DNA of 33,567 nucleotides from a virus (taxonomy: Duplodnaviria; Caudoviricetes), in the IMG/VR virus record IMGVR_UViG_3300036982_000208, positions 1-33,567 of that record. One strand, written 5' to 3'. Under the pieces are notes generated by a model, which did not search any database, was not told where the DNA came from, and saw only the letters and a list, made by a program, of their open reading frames with translations. A program made the position numbers and the translations under genes. This document shows positions 1 through 8,276 of the stretch, piece after piece (within the stretch, counting starts at the first letter, position 1; each line of letters starts with the position of its first letter).

Positions 1-12
1 ATGAGGCGGAAC
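1..12. repeat. 12-bp direct terminal repeat, left copy (putative cohesive end)
   Basis: Bases 1-12 ATGAGGCGGAAC are identical to bases 33556-33567. Confidence 0.9.
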
Positions 13-61
13 TCCGATCGCCCCCCCCCAACGGGAGCCTCCTTACTGGGGGGTATGGTCA

Positions 62-499
62 TCAATGAGTTACGTTAAGAAGTTCACGAATCCTCTTGGC
101 CTGCGCCTCGATCGGCTCGACTAGTGCCAGCGCCTTGGTCAGACGGTCACGATCCCAACGCTCGATCTCGGGAGCCATCTTGCGCTGCCATAGGGCGAAC
201 GATTGGCAGATGCCCTCGATGGTCACGATCGCTCTGCTCTTGTCCTCAGGGTTGAGTGCAGGCTTATCTGGCTTCGGCTCGGGTAGTCCGAGCGACAACT
301 CCATCTGCATCTCTGCCTCGGCAACGTAGTCCACGCCCCATCGCTCGCTGGCGTAGTCTCTCGACTGGCGGAGCCATAGCCGGGATGATGCCCTGCAAAG
401 TAGGATGGTGCGATGCATGTCGGCCCAGTCATCCTCGTTGATGTCTTTTGGGATGTTGAGCGCATCATGCGCGAACGTGTTGGTTTCGGTCAGGTTCAT
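62..499 (-). CDS. Hypothetical protein, 145 aa
   Basis: ATGA overlap with the upstream HTH gene; last gene before the terminus; no recognisable motif. Confidence 0.8.
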   Translation of the reverse strand: MNLTETNTFAHDALNIPKDINEDDWADMHRTILLCRASSRLWLRQSRDYASERWGVDYVAEAEMQMELSLGLPEPKPDKPALNPEDKSRAIVTIEGICQSFALWQRKMAPEIERWDRDRLTKALALVEPIEAQAKRIRELLNVTH

Positions 500-960
500 T
501 TCTTTTTTTTGTTTCGTTTTGCTTCGATGACTGGATTGGTCGCTGACTTCGCATAGGTCTTGCGTGTCCCTTGGCGCTTGCGGTAGGTGCGGTTGTCGAA
601 CGCGCCCACTCCACCTGCCAGCACATCACGCCAAGCAAGCACATAATGCGATACAAGCGCACGAGTCACGCCAAGCTCTCGAGCAACCTCTGACTGGCTG
701 TGTGCGCCATTCAGTTCATCCATGCCGAACGCGATGGCTAAAGCATGCACCTGCACGTTAAGGTTGCGACTCTGGATGAGCAGCCCGATCACGCTGGCAA
801 GAATCTCAGCTTGACCGCGTCGAGCCACGTCCTGCCGGTCGACGATGATGCGTCGAGCCACGGCCAGCGTCACGCCGTAGTCATCGGCGACGATCTCCTC
901 GGGCAGATCGATCATCGCTGCCATATCAGGCTCGTAGCTGTCAGGCTGTTTTTTGTTCAT
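496..960 (-). CDS. HTH DNA-binding protein (sigma region-4-like), candidate late transcription regulator
   Basis: HSQSEVARELGVTRALVSHY helix-turn-helix and basic C-terminus; lies at the end of the early arm. Confidence 0.7.
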   Translation of the reverse strand: MNKKQPDSYEPDMAAMIDLPEEIVADDYGVTLAVARRIIVDRQDVARRGQAEILASVIGLLIQSRNLNVQVHALAIAFGMDELNGAHSQSEVARELGVTRALVSHYVLAWRDVLAGGVGAFDNRTYRKRQGTRKTYAKSATNPVIEAKRNKKKK

Positions 961-1147
961 GGGTGACCTGCGGCTGATGGCTAGCGAGATCGGTGAGGTA
1001 TCGGTGGTGAAGCCACGCTGGCGGCGATCGTCGACCGCTCCTCCAGTCGTAGGCGGTCGGCAGGGAACAGCCGATCGCAGCGGCGATGTGTCGGGCGCTG
1101 TACTGCCCGATCAATCGAGCAAAGTTGTTCTGAGTCTTGGCTTTCAT
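941..1147 (-). CDS. Small Cro-like HTH protein, 68 aa
   Basis: SARHIAAAIGCSLPTAYDWRSGRRSP matches the Cro/XRE HTH pattern; own promoter upstream. Confidence 0.8.
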   Translation of the reverse strand: MKAKTQNNFARLIGQYSARHIAAAIGCSLPTAYDWRSGRRSPPAWLHHRYLTDLASHQPQVTHEQKTA

Positions 1148-1153
1148 GCGGCG

Positions 1154-1181
1154 ATGGTATCGAGTTGATCAATTATTGCAA
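1154..1181 (-). promoter_or_regulatory. sigma70-like promoter for a leaderless HTH transcript
   Basis: TTGCAA-16nt-TACCAT, then 6 nt to ATG 1147. Confidence 0.55.
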
Positions 1182-1209
1182 TGCCTAATTTGTGGGTGAT
1201 CCATGGCGG

Positions 1210-1378
1210 TAGTGCTGGGGGGTTCTGGGGGGTCTTGTTTGTCTGTTTGCGGTTTTTGTTTTTTTCCTCTTCTCTTTTATTACTATATATACTGTTTTTT
1301 TTAAACTGTAGAGTGGAAAATAAGACCCTACATAATACGCTAGAAACTGCTTTTGTAAATACATCCAGTTTTCCACCT
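1210..1378. other. Probable replication origin
   Basis: AT-rich core (TACTATATATAC, T/A runs) flanked by inverted repeat GGGTCTTGTTT 1230-1240 / AAATAAGACCC 1318-1328; two CTGGGGGG direct repeats; downstream of the primase-helicase. Confidence 0.45.
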
Positions 1379-1945
1379 TCACGGAATTAAAACCAGATTG
1401 TCCGATTTAAGAATATTTTCAGCAGCCCACAACGGACGGATATTTGTGTAATGAGAAAGCCTCTCCAGTCCCTCAATAGTCGTTGCACAGGACAACGGAA
1501 TAATGTGATCAAGGTGCCATTCGGAACGGTTGCCCCAGCTCATGCCGTCGGCAAACTGGCTCTCGATGTGCTTGGTAAATTGTTTGAAGCTGCATCCCAG
1601 CATCTTTTCAGTTTTTGATTCCTTACCGAATCCGTTTCGAGTAAAAGCCCGCCGCATTCTTGCCCGAATCCTATTGCCGATCAAGTAGACGGAATCTGAT
1701 TTCCTTTTTTCATGCCACCTTTTTCTCTGAGCCCCGACTAGCTCTCGATTTGCAGCTTTCCATTTATTGGCTTTTTCCTGCAGTTTTTTACGGTTGGCTT
1801 TTTGATACTTACGTTGATCTTCCTGCGCCTTTTCAGGATTGGCAGCACGACGATTTGTCACATTCTGAATCATTTTTTCTCGGTTTGCCTCGTAATACTT
1901 GCGATAAGTTGCCTTGCGTCTTTCTTTGCGTTCTTGATCAATCAT
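1379..1945 (-). CDS. HNH endonuclease with basic helical N-terminal arm, 188 aa
   Basis: MSWGNRSEWHLDHIIPLS...HYTNIRPLWAAENILKSD HNH core; more AT-rich than its neighbours. Confidence 0.9.
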   Translation of the reverse strand: MIDQERKERRKATYRKYYEANREKMIQNVTNRRAANPEKAQEDQRKYQKANRKKLQEKANKWKAANRELVGAQRKRWHEKRKSDSVYLIGNRIRARMRRAFTRNGFGKESKTEKMLGCSFKQFTKHIESQFADGMSWGNRSEWHLDHIIPLSCATTIEGLERLSHYTNIRPLWAAENILKSDNLVLIP

Positions 1946-2046
1946 TGGATAAATAAAAAGCCCCGAAATCCCTCGCCAAGTAGTAAATCCGTGGCATAAG
2001 CACGGCTTGGCAAGAGATTTCGAGGCTGTTTAGATGTGGTTATCAT
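1942..2046 (-). CDS. Putative 34-aa leader peptide coupled to the HNH gene
   Basis: MITTSKQPRNLLPSRAYATDLLLGEGFRGFLFIQ*; its stop overlaps the HNH ATG (ATGA); runs across the large hairpin. Confidence 0.4.
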   Translation of the reverse strand: MITTSKQPRNLLPSRAYATDLLLGEGFRGFLFIQ

Positions 2047-2084
2047 GCAATTTTCCGTTACTAGCGGAGTCTTTCGACACGGTT
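1951..2084 (-). ncRNA. Structured leader RNA with c4-antisense-like architecture
   Basis: GTC-GAAA-GAC and TCCG-CTAGTAA-CGGA hairpins, then a 22-bp imperfect stem (1959-2027) with inner hairpin CCGTG/CACGG, a bulge ATTTACTA complementary to loop TAGTAA, and a trailing U-tract. Confidence 0.6.
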
Positions 2085-2112
2085 AATTTACAATTTTTTA
2101 ACCACTTGTAAA
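2085..2112 (-). promoter_or_regulatory. sigma70-like promoter of the HNH cassette
   Basis: TTTACA-16nt-TAAATT directly before the structured leader. Confidence 0.55.
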
Positions 2113-2115
2113 GGC

Positions 2116-4350
2116 TTATTCAAACGATTGTTTGAATTTCGGCGGACTGACCCAATATCGCGGCGGTTTGCCTGCCACCGTGTTCTGGGATGCTGCGACA
2201 AACTCACTGCCCGATCGTGCCAGTTTGGCGAGCGCTGACCCCATCGCACCGTGCCATGTGCAGAGTTGCCGCGCTTGGTCGCGGACAGGCGACTGGCTGT
2301 CCTCTAGCCTGCCTTGGATGTCCGCGGATGTCAACTCCCGCGGTAGGTCGCCCCACAGCCCCATGTGGGTCAGCGCGGTGTCCAGCAGGTCTTCGAGTCG
2401 ACGTGCCGGGCTGTGAGCGTCGACGGCATCGGTGAGCGCCGGATCGCGCCACGCCTTGACCCCAGAGCGGCTGTCGTGCAGCTCCTCGGGCGTGACCCAG
2501 TCCATGAGTTGCTGTGCGAACGCTGGCAACTCGGAGCGGATGAGTGCCTGGAGTTCGAGCTTGCCCTCGGGTGTCGAGGTGTCCACCGGCAGCGCCACGC
2601 CGATGACGTGCAGGAGCGCCACCTTGTCGGCGAGGTCGTTGTCGAGCGGCGGGATGATCTGCAGCGACTCCGGTGTGTCGTTGCAGCAGACCACGACAGC
2701 CCAGACGGGCCGGACGGCGATGCTCGATGAGTTGCGCTTGCGGAGCTGGATGACGTGCGGGTAGATTGCCTCCTTGAACGATGCACCGAAGTTTCGTCGG
2801 CTGCGGATGTCGGTGGATCCAACGCAGTCGTCGACCAGCAGCAACTCGGATGCAACTAGATCATCGTTCCAGAGCATCCCGCCTGACCATGAGGCGTATG
2901 GGTTGGCAGTGCGACCACCGAGCGCCTGAGCAATGATCCACGCCAGCAGACTCTTGCCGCTGTTTATCTCGCCAGCCAACACGAGCATAGGCGATGGGAT
3001 GTGGACGTGAGAGCGCACCGCCTTGTATCGCCCTGCGAGCCAGCTCATAAATACTAAGGTCGCCGTCTCATCGGCGAAGGCGTTGGAAATGATGTCACCG
3101 ATGAGCAACGCTTCCCCAGGCGTTGGTCGCGGTGTCTTTGCCTCCGAGGTAATCAGGATCGGCAGGTCGTTGGAATCTACTGACAGCCCCTGAGCGTGGC
3201 CGGCGATGCCACCGTGCCATTGCACACCGCCATCGAGTTCTCTCGCCTTGTACGCCTCACGGGCCGCCATCATGAGTTCTTTCGGGTCGTCGTAGTCCTT
3301 AGCCAGATGCCGCGTCAACCCAGTCAAGATCGGCGACAGCTTAGAAAACGTCATGAATGACAATCCAACCTTGACTAAATACTTGTTGGCGGGTGCATCG
3401 TAGTAGATGTCCATCGGATCGAATGACTGCATCGTCGAGCCACTGGCCGCCTTCGCTCCAGCCATGTCGGCAGCCTCGCGCCAGTCGGCGGACGGCTCGG
3501 GCATCGGTGCGTCGTAGACCGATCGCACGGCATTGGTCACCTCGTTGGGCTGGTACTTCCGGCGCAGCGTCCCCTCGTAAGCGGCGAGCTTGGCGATAGT
3601 GTCAGCCTCGTTCATGTTAGCGAACCGACAGTGCCAGGCGGCCTGCATCAGCCAAGCGTGGATGCCCTCGCGTGGTGGCAGTGGGAATGCCGTGCGCGGT
3701 GACTTGAGCTTGATCGATGACTTCTTTGTCTTGGGACATGTCCCGTTTGCGGCGACCGGCTCGAAGACCGCGGTGCGACCCAGATCGAGCCAAGCACTTG
3801 GATCATGCGAGACAAACATGAGCCTGACCGGGTCTTTGCATGCCTCATCGATGGTCAGGTTGAAGGCGCGAAAGTGGTTGCGAGCGCTGGCGAACGCGGC
3901 GACATGCTCATCACGGGTCGCGCATGTCGGGATGCGAGCGATGCCCTTGACTCCATGACCGCTGGGTGAGACGAAGGCAGCGACGATGCGCGGTTCCGCC
4001 TGCAAAATCTCAACGATCTCCTCGACCGTCCACCCGACGTTGTCGGCGGCATCGAAGTCGAGCTGGAGGAAGCCGGAGTGCGTGAACCGCCCCTCCTCGA
4101 TCGCCTTTGCACGCTTGCCCTCGGCTGTGCCGCTGATGCTGACTGCCTGCAGGTCTTTCTTAGCGACTGCGTAGCCATCGTCGTCGCCAGCGGCGAGCGT
4201 CGATCGTAGCTTGGCGATCTTGGTGGCAAACTCATCTGAGCGGATCGCCTCGATCAGATCGGTGAGTGTAGTTGTCGCCGACGCGGTGGAGGCGGTGGCG
4301 GATGAGTAAAAGTCGATTTCGGGATGTTGCATAGTCGTAGTCATATTCAA
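2116..4350 (-). CDS. DNA primase-helicase (VirE-N/BT4734-like primase domain plus P-loop NTPase)
   Basis: HSGFLQLDFD, FVSPSGHGVK and IDEACKDPVRLMFVSHDP; Walker A GEINSGKS, Walker B LLLVDD; start is TTG 4350 or ATG 4344. Confidence 0.85.
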   Translation of the reverse strand: MNMTTTMQHPEIDFYSSATASTASATTTLTDLIEAIRSDEFATKIAKLRSTLAAGDDDGYAVAKKDLQAVSISGTAEGKRAKAIEEGRFTHSGFLQLDFDAADNVGWTVEEIVEILQAEPRIVAAFVSPSGHGVKGIARIPTCATRDEHVAAFASARNHFRAFNLTIDEACKDPVRLMFVSHDPSAWLDLGRTAVFEPVAANGTCPKTKKSSIKLKSPRTAFPLPPREGIHAWLMQAAWHCRFANMNEADTIAKLAAYEGTLRRKYQPNEVTNAVRSVYDAPMPEPSADWREAADMAGAKAASGSTMQSFDPMDIYYDAPANKYLVKVGLSFMTFSKLSPILTGLTRHLAKDYDDPKELMMAAREAYKARELDGGVQWHGGIAGHAQGLSVDSNDLPILITSEAKTPRPTPGEALLIGDIISNAFADETATLVFMSWLAGRYKAVRSHVHIPSPMLVLAGEINSGKSLLAWIIAQALGGRTANPYASWSGGMLWNDDLVASELLLVDDCVGSTDIRSRRNFGASFKEAIYPHVIQLRKRNSSSIAVRPVWAVVVCCNDTPESLQIIPPLDNDLADKVALLHVIGVALPVDTSTPEGKLELQALIRSELPAFAQQLMDWVTPEELHDSRSGVKAWRDPALTDAVDAHSPARRLEDLLDTALTHMGLWGDLPRELTSADIQGRLEDSQSPVRDQARQLCTWHGAMGSALAKLARSGSEFVAASQNTVAGKPPRYWVSPPKFKQSFE

Positions 4351-5705
4351 GAGATTGTCATTCGTTGTAGTGCGCGGACGGCATGTAACATGCCGGTCTG
4401 GGTGTCGCTTTTATCGCGGAGCGCCTCGGCCACCGCGTCGTCGATCGTGCCAGGGGCGATGATCCGGTAGACGATCGTCTCGGCGGTCTGTCCGGTGCGG
4501 ATCAGTCGGGCGTTGGTCTGGACGTAAGTTTCGTGCGAGTAGGTCAGCGATGTCCAGATAGCGATCCGGCATGATTTTTGCAGTCCATCGATGCCGTGCG
4601 ACAGCGACCGCGGATCGGCGACCCAGACGGGTATGCGACCAGACTGCCACTCGCCGAGAAGTTGCTCATTGAACATGCGTGCCTCTTGGATCGAGTCAAT
4701 GATGCGAGCTGACTCATGCTTGAATGCGGTCAGGATCAGCACCGGCTCGCTAGCATGCTTGTCGAGTAGGACGCGCAGAGCATCGATCTTGGCAGTGTGA
4801 ACAGGCAGGACGTTGCGATCCTCATCGTAGACTGCGCCCGATGTCAGTTGGAGCAGTTTATTGCAGAGCGTCGCGGCGCTGGGTGCTGTAATCTCGCCGT
4901 CCCCGATCTCAGCAAGCATCTCCTTTTGTAGCGTCCGGTACTGCTTGCGAGCGTCTGGCGGCATGACGATCGGCACGTCCACCACGCTAGATGATGGCAG
5001 GTCGCTACCGTCTCCAACAATGACCAGCGCGAGGTCAGCGAGTCGGCGGTCGATCTGTTCTTTAGCGCCGGTGACCAGTTTGAACGTGTAGCCCATGTAG
5101 TCAGCCGGGTAAAAATAGTCGCCCTTGTAGCCGGCGAACGACCTGCCCAGCCGCTCACCATCGTCGAGCATCTTGATTTGCATGAACAGATCGAGATAGT
5201 TGTTTGGGATCGGTGTGCCGGTCAGTCCCCAGCGCCTCGGGATCGCGGCGAGGTGCTTGTGCAGCGCCTTGAACCGCTTCGACTGTGGGTTTTTGGCAAG
5301 AGACAGCTCATCGATGACCAGCGTATCCACAGGACAGCGCTTCGATCGCGGTGGGAACATCTGGTGGAGGCGGTTTGGCAATAACTCTGAGTTGATCAGG
5401 TAGATGTCCGCAGTGCCGTCGAGCCACGCCTCCATGCCCTCGGGTGTGCGTAGGTTGGCAACGCGCATCCAGTTGGTGTGCGCCCAGCGCTCGACCTGCG
5501 CTGGCCACGTTATCGAGCAGACGCGGAGCGGTGCGACGATGAGCGCCGCCTTGAACTGTCCGCAGGTGGCTAGCTTGTCCAGCGCGGTCAGCGTGACCAC
5601 GGTCTTGCCTTTGCCCGGGGACACGAACAACGCGGCCCGATCGTTGGCGAGCAGATGCTCGATCATCGGGAGCTGGTAGTCGAATGGTTTGAATGTCTCG
5701 GTCAT
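4347..5705 (-). CDS. SNF2-family helicase, 452 aa
   Basis: SPGKGKT, LVIDELS, GLTGTP, HGIDGLQ, QTNARLIRTGQ motifs; start set at ATG 5705 (ATGA overlap). Confidence 0.92.
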   Translation of the reverse strand: MTETFKPFDYQLPMIEHLLANDRAALFVSPGKGKTVVTLTALDKLATCGQFKAALIVAPLRVCSITWPAQVERWAHTNWMRVANLRTPEGMEAWLDGTADIYLINSELLPNRLHQMFPPRSKRCPVDTLVIDELSLAKNPQSKRFKALHKHLAAIPRRWGLTGTPIPNNYLDLFMQIKMLDDGERLGRSFAGYKGDYFYPADYMGYTFKLVTGAKEQIDRRLADLALVIVGDGSDLPSSSVVDVPIVMPPDARKQYRTLQKEMLAEIGDGEITAPSAATLCNKLLQLTSGAVYDEDRNVLPVHTAKIDALRVLLDKHASEPVLILTAFKHESARIIDSIQEARMFNEQLLGEWQSGRIPVWVADPRSLSHGIDGLQKSCRIAIWTSLTYSHETYVQTNARLIRTGQTAETIVYRIIAPGTIDDAVAEALRDKSDTQTGMLHAVRALQRMTIS

Positions 5706-5977
5706 GGCGTGATCAGGTCGATGAGTCGCTTGCCTGCGTTGATATCGTCGCAGCATGCCGTGAGAAAACCGTGGTAATGTAATCGGTCGAGCCAGCGCGT
5801 TTGCAGCGCGGTTAATTTTTTCCCATGCGCCTTGAACTCAATGAACAGGATGCGCTCGTTGTTGAGGAACATGCGATCAGGTTGTCCCTTTTGATTCTGA
5901 CCAGACAGTTTCAGCGACAGGCAGCCTTTGCTTTTTGCATAGGCACAGACTGCCTGCTCGATGGTGGATTCTCTCAT
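5702..5977 (-). CDS. VRR-NUC domain nuclease, 91 aa
   Basis: ESTIE...GQPDRMF...FIEFK...LTALQ PD-(D/E)xK pattern next to the SNF2 helicase. Confidence 0.9.
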   Translation of the reverse strand: MRESTIEQAVCAYAKSKGCLSLKLSGQNQKGQPDRMFLNNERILFIEFKAHGKKLTALQTRWLDRLHYHGFLTACCDDINAGKRLIDLITP

Positions 5978-6288
5978 ACTTGTGGGAGTGCTGGAATCTC
6001 AGACCAATAAGTGATGTAGTAATCGATCGCCTCGCCTGAGTAGGCATCCTGCCAGCCGTCGGTCTTAGTGTAGGTCGCCACATATATGCTCTCGCCATCC
6101 GTTGCCAGCACGATTCGCATCGTGTTTGGGTACGGGCCAGAGTTCCAATCTAGTGTCCATGCGGATGGTGCTAGGCTGTCGCGTTGGCGTTCTAGCGTTC
6201 TGGCAAACGCCCACAGCGTTGGATGGGACATTTTCGCTGCTGTTCCTAGCTTGTTTTCTAGGTGGTCGGTTTCTGGTGTGTCACTCAT
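5974..6288 (-). CDS. Hypothetical protein with DUF551-like C-terminus, 104 aa
   Basis: MSDTPETD N-terminus and ITYWSEIPALP C-terminus; ATGA overlaps on both sides. Confidence 0.75.
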   Translation of the reverse strand: MSDTPETDHLENKLGTAAKMSHPTLWAFARTLERQRDSLAPSAWTLDWNSGPYPNTMRIVLATDGESIYVATYTKTDGWQDAYSGEAIDYYITYWSEIPALPQV

Positions 6289-7049
6289 CGGCTTGATACT
6301 ACTGGCTTTTGGTATGCATGGATGCCGAGTGCTGCGAACACATCGACGGGGTCGCGGCCCGACTCAGCGCAGCCTCGGATGAGTGCTAGGATAGCAGCAC
6401 GGCGCGGTGTCATCTCGATCAGAGAGCGGTCACGCAGGTAGAGGATGTTGATGTCGATCACGTCAAAGTCCCATGCGAATCGAACGCCCTCGGCGACCTT
6501 GGTCGATGCTAGGTCGTCGGATGCCATCATGCGTTGCGCTGCAGCCGCGAGGCGCTCACGTTCGGCTTGTTTGGCAGCGAGGATGTCGCGGATGTGTCCA
6601 GTGCTGTCAGCCTCCGCTGCGAATGCCTGTGCAGCCTCCCGAGCTGCCCGAGCTTCAGCGAATGCCTGTGCCTCAGCACGTTCTTTCTCACGCTTGAGTC
6701 GTGCCATCTCCTCGGCGTGGTCGCCGACGATCTTAGTGATGCGCTTCTCCTCGCCCTCGATGGCAGCGATGAAATTGTTTGCGGTTGAGTCGATCAGTTT
6801 GCCGATCCGGTTGACCGGCTCCTTGACCAGCTTGCGTGACTTCTCGACCTCGATCCGCATCGCTGCGAGTTGGCGAGAAACAAACTGAGCGTCGGCGCTC
6901 TCGTCGTTGCTGGTGACCTCGGTGATGGTCGCTGCCTGGACTAGCAGCTCGAGCTTCCGCTCCTCGGCCTCGGGCGCGATGGTCAGTTGGTAGCCGTTGC
7001 CGACTAATATCAATGCTGTGGTTTCGGTGTCTGTCGTTTTTGTTATCAT
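6285..7049 (-). CDS. Coiled-coil hypothetical protein, 254 aa
   Basis: Long Ala/Glu/Arg helical region; start set at ATG 7049, overlapping the upstream stop. Confidence 0.8.
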   Translation of the reverse strand: MITKTTDTETTALILVGNGYQLTIAPEAEERKLELLVQAATITEVTSNDESADAQFVSRQLAAMRIEVEKSRKLVKEPVNRIGKLIDSTANNFIAAIEGEEKRITKIVGDHAEEMARLKREKERAEAQAFAEARAAREAAQAFAAEADSTGHIRDILAAKQAERERLAAAAQRMMASDDLASTKVAEGVRFAWDFDVIDINILYLRDRSLIEMTPRRAAILALIRGCAESGRDPVDVFAALGIHAYQKPVVSSR

Positions 7050-7222
7050 GGTGTTGTAGGGAAAAAGTTTTTTTTGCTTAGGTTGATGTGACCGGTGCAG
7101 ATGCAGCAACCGATCAGCAACAGTCGGCAAGCGTGTTGGTAGCAGTGTTCGCAGTGGTCTGGTGGGCAGGTTTTTTCGCGTAGTTTTCTGGCGTTGGCAG
7201 CGAGTCGCTCGGAGATGCTCAG
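7046..7222 (-). CDS. Putative small Cys/His-rich (zinc-finger-like) protein, 58 aa, CTG start
   Basis: CPPDHCEHC...CCICTGH; fills the gap exactly, with a CTGA overlap upstream and an ATGA overlap downstream. Confidence 0.5.
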   Translation of the reverse strand: MSISERLAANARKLREKTCPPDHCEHCYQHACRLLLIGCCICTGHINLSKKNFFPTTP

Positions 7223-7695
7223 AACGGCTGATCCTCGGTCACCGCGGTCGGGTAGTCCCAGAGCGTCCACGGCAGCCGGCACAATAGGATCGGCGGTAGG
7301 TCGCGGCGATCCGGTCTGACTGCCAGCCAGACCACGTCCGAATCCATGCGATCGCGCATCACGCAGAGCGAGCTTTCGAAACTGTTCAGAGCTTCGTGCC
7401 ACGTCTCGACCTCCCTGTCGGCGTTGGTCGGTGTCATGGGTATCGCCTCCCCCTCCGACCGTGAAAGGCTCCTCAGCGCAGCGTGGTGTGCCTTCTCCGT
7501 CACCTCGGCAGGTTGTGGCGGGGTCTTGATGCTCAGCACCATCCCCGCCGCACGGCGCTTTCCCAGCGATGGCGGATCAATCCGGTTGATTGCTGCCTCG
7601 AGCATAGGGTCGGCGACTCCTACATAGGGTTTGCATAGGGTTTCCCTAGGGTTTGCAGCGGCTTTCTTCGCGGCAAGTAGTTCGATGATGGTCAT
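7219..7695 (-). CDS. Hypothetical protein, 158 aa
   Basis: ATGA overlap with the upstream gene; ends TEDQPF. Confidence 0.7.
   Translation of the reverse strand: MTIIELLAAKKAAANPRETLCKPYVGVADPMLEAAINRIDPPSLGKRRAAGMVLSIKTPPQPAEVTEKAHHAALRSLSRSEGEAIPMTPTNADREVETWHEALNSFESSLCVMRDRMDSDVVWLAVRPDRRDLPPILLCRLPWTLWDYPTAVTEDQPF
7623..7654. repeat. Three 11-bp-phased repeats C(A/C)TAGGGTTT
   Basis: Copies start at 7623, 7634 and 7645; a partial CATAGGGT at 7603. Confidence 0.7.
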
Positions 7696-8276
7696 TTTGT
7701 GAGTTGAGTGATGATGGTTGCCAACTCACCGGCGCTGAGCGATGCACCAGCGGTAAACTCGACGCGACCACCTTTGATGCGCCATGCTGCGGACGTGTTC
7801 GTTGTAGTTGATGATCTAGCTGCATTGGATTGCTGTTGGATCATCCATGCCTTCTGCTCGCCCTCGGTGCGCAGCCGGTTGGGTGCGAATACCTGAGCGG
7901 CCTGCTCCTTGGTCAAGTCCTTGGCTTTGACGAGTAGGACATCAGTGCCTTGCTCGGTGTGGACGATGAGCGCGATTGGCTCCTCAATGAATCGCTCCTG
8001 CAGCGAGTATGGTAGCTTCTGCAATCGAGCGAAGCCGGGTGACGATGTCAGCAGCAACTGTGGATGCAGCGACTTGCGGCCCATCTGCTCGAAACGTCCG
8101 AGAATGCCAGCGTTGAGCTGTGGGCATTGTTGGATGATGTAGTCGTAGGCATGCGGGTCTTCCTCGACCAGCTCGACGAGGATTTCTCCGGCTTTGATCC
8201 ATGAATCGACACCTACTTTGAAGAGGTCGATAAATGCTGTGATTCTTGTGCTTTGCGATGTCAGTGTTGTTGTCAT
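7692..8276 (-). CDS. Hypothetical protein, 194 aa (N-terminus weakly DUF3102-like)
   Basis: SWIKAGEILVEL motif; ATGA coupling to the repeat-protein gene. Confidence 0.75.
   Translation of the reverse strand: MTTTLTSQSTRITAFIDLFKVGVDSWIKAGEILVELVEEDPHAYDYIIQQCPQLNAGILGRFEQMGRKSLHPQLLLTSSPGFARLQKLPYSLQERFIEEPIALIVHTEQGTDVLLVKAKDLTKEQAAQVFAPNRLRTEGEQKAWMIQQQSNAARSSTTTNTSAAWRIKGGRVEFTAGASLSAGELATIITQLTK

Noticed and set aside
1185-1382. 65-aa ORF after the HNH gene
   Set aside because: Low-complexity translation of an AT-rich, repeat-flanked region that is better explained as an origin; not fully excluded because of the GTGA overlap.
7348-7355. Cyanobacterial HIP1 (GCGATCGC) signature
   Set aside because: Only a few full octamers noticed; the apparent enrichment is of shorter GATC/TCGA words and does not identify the host.
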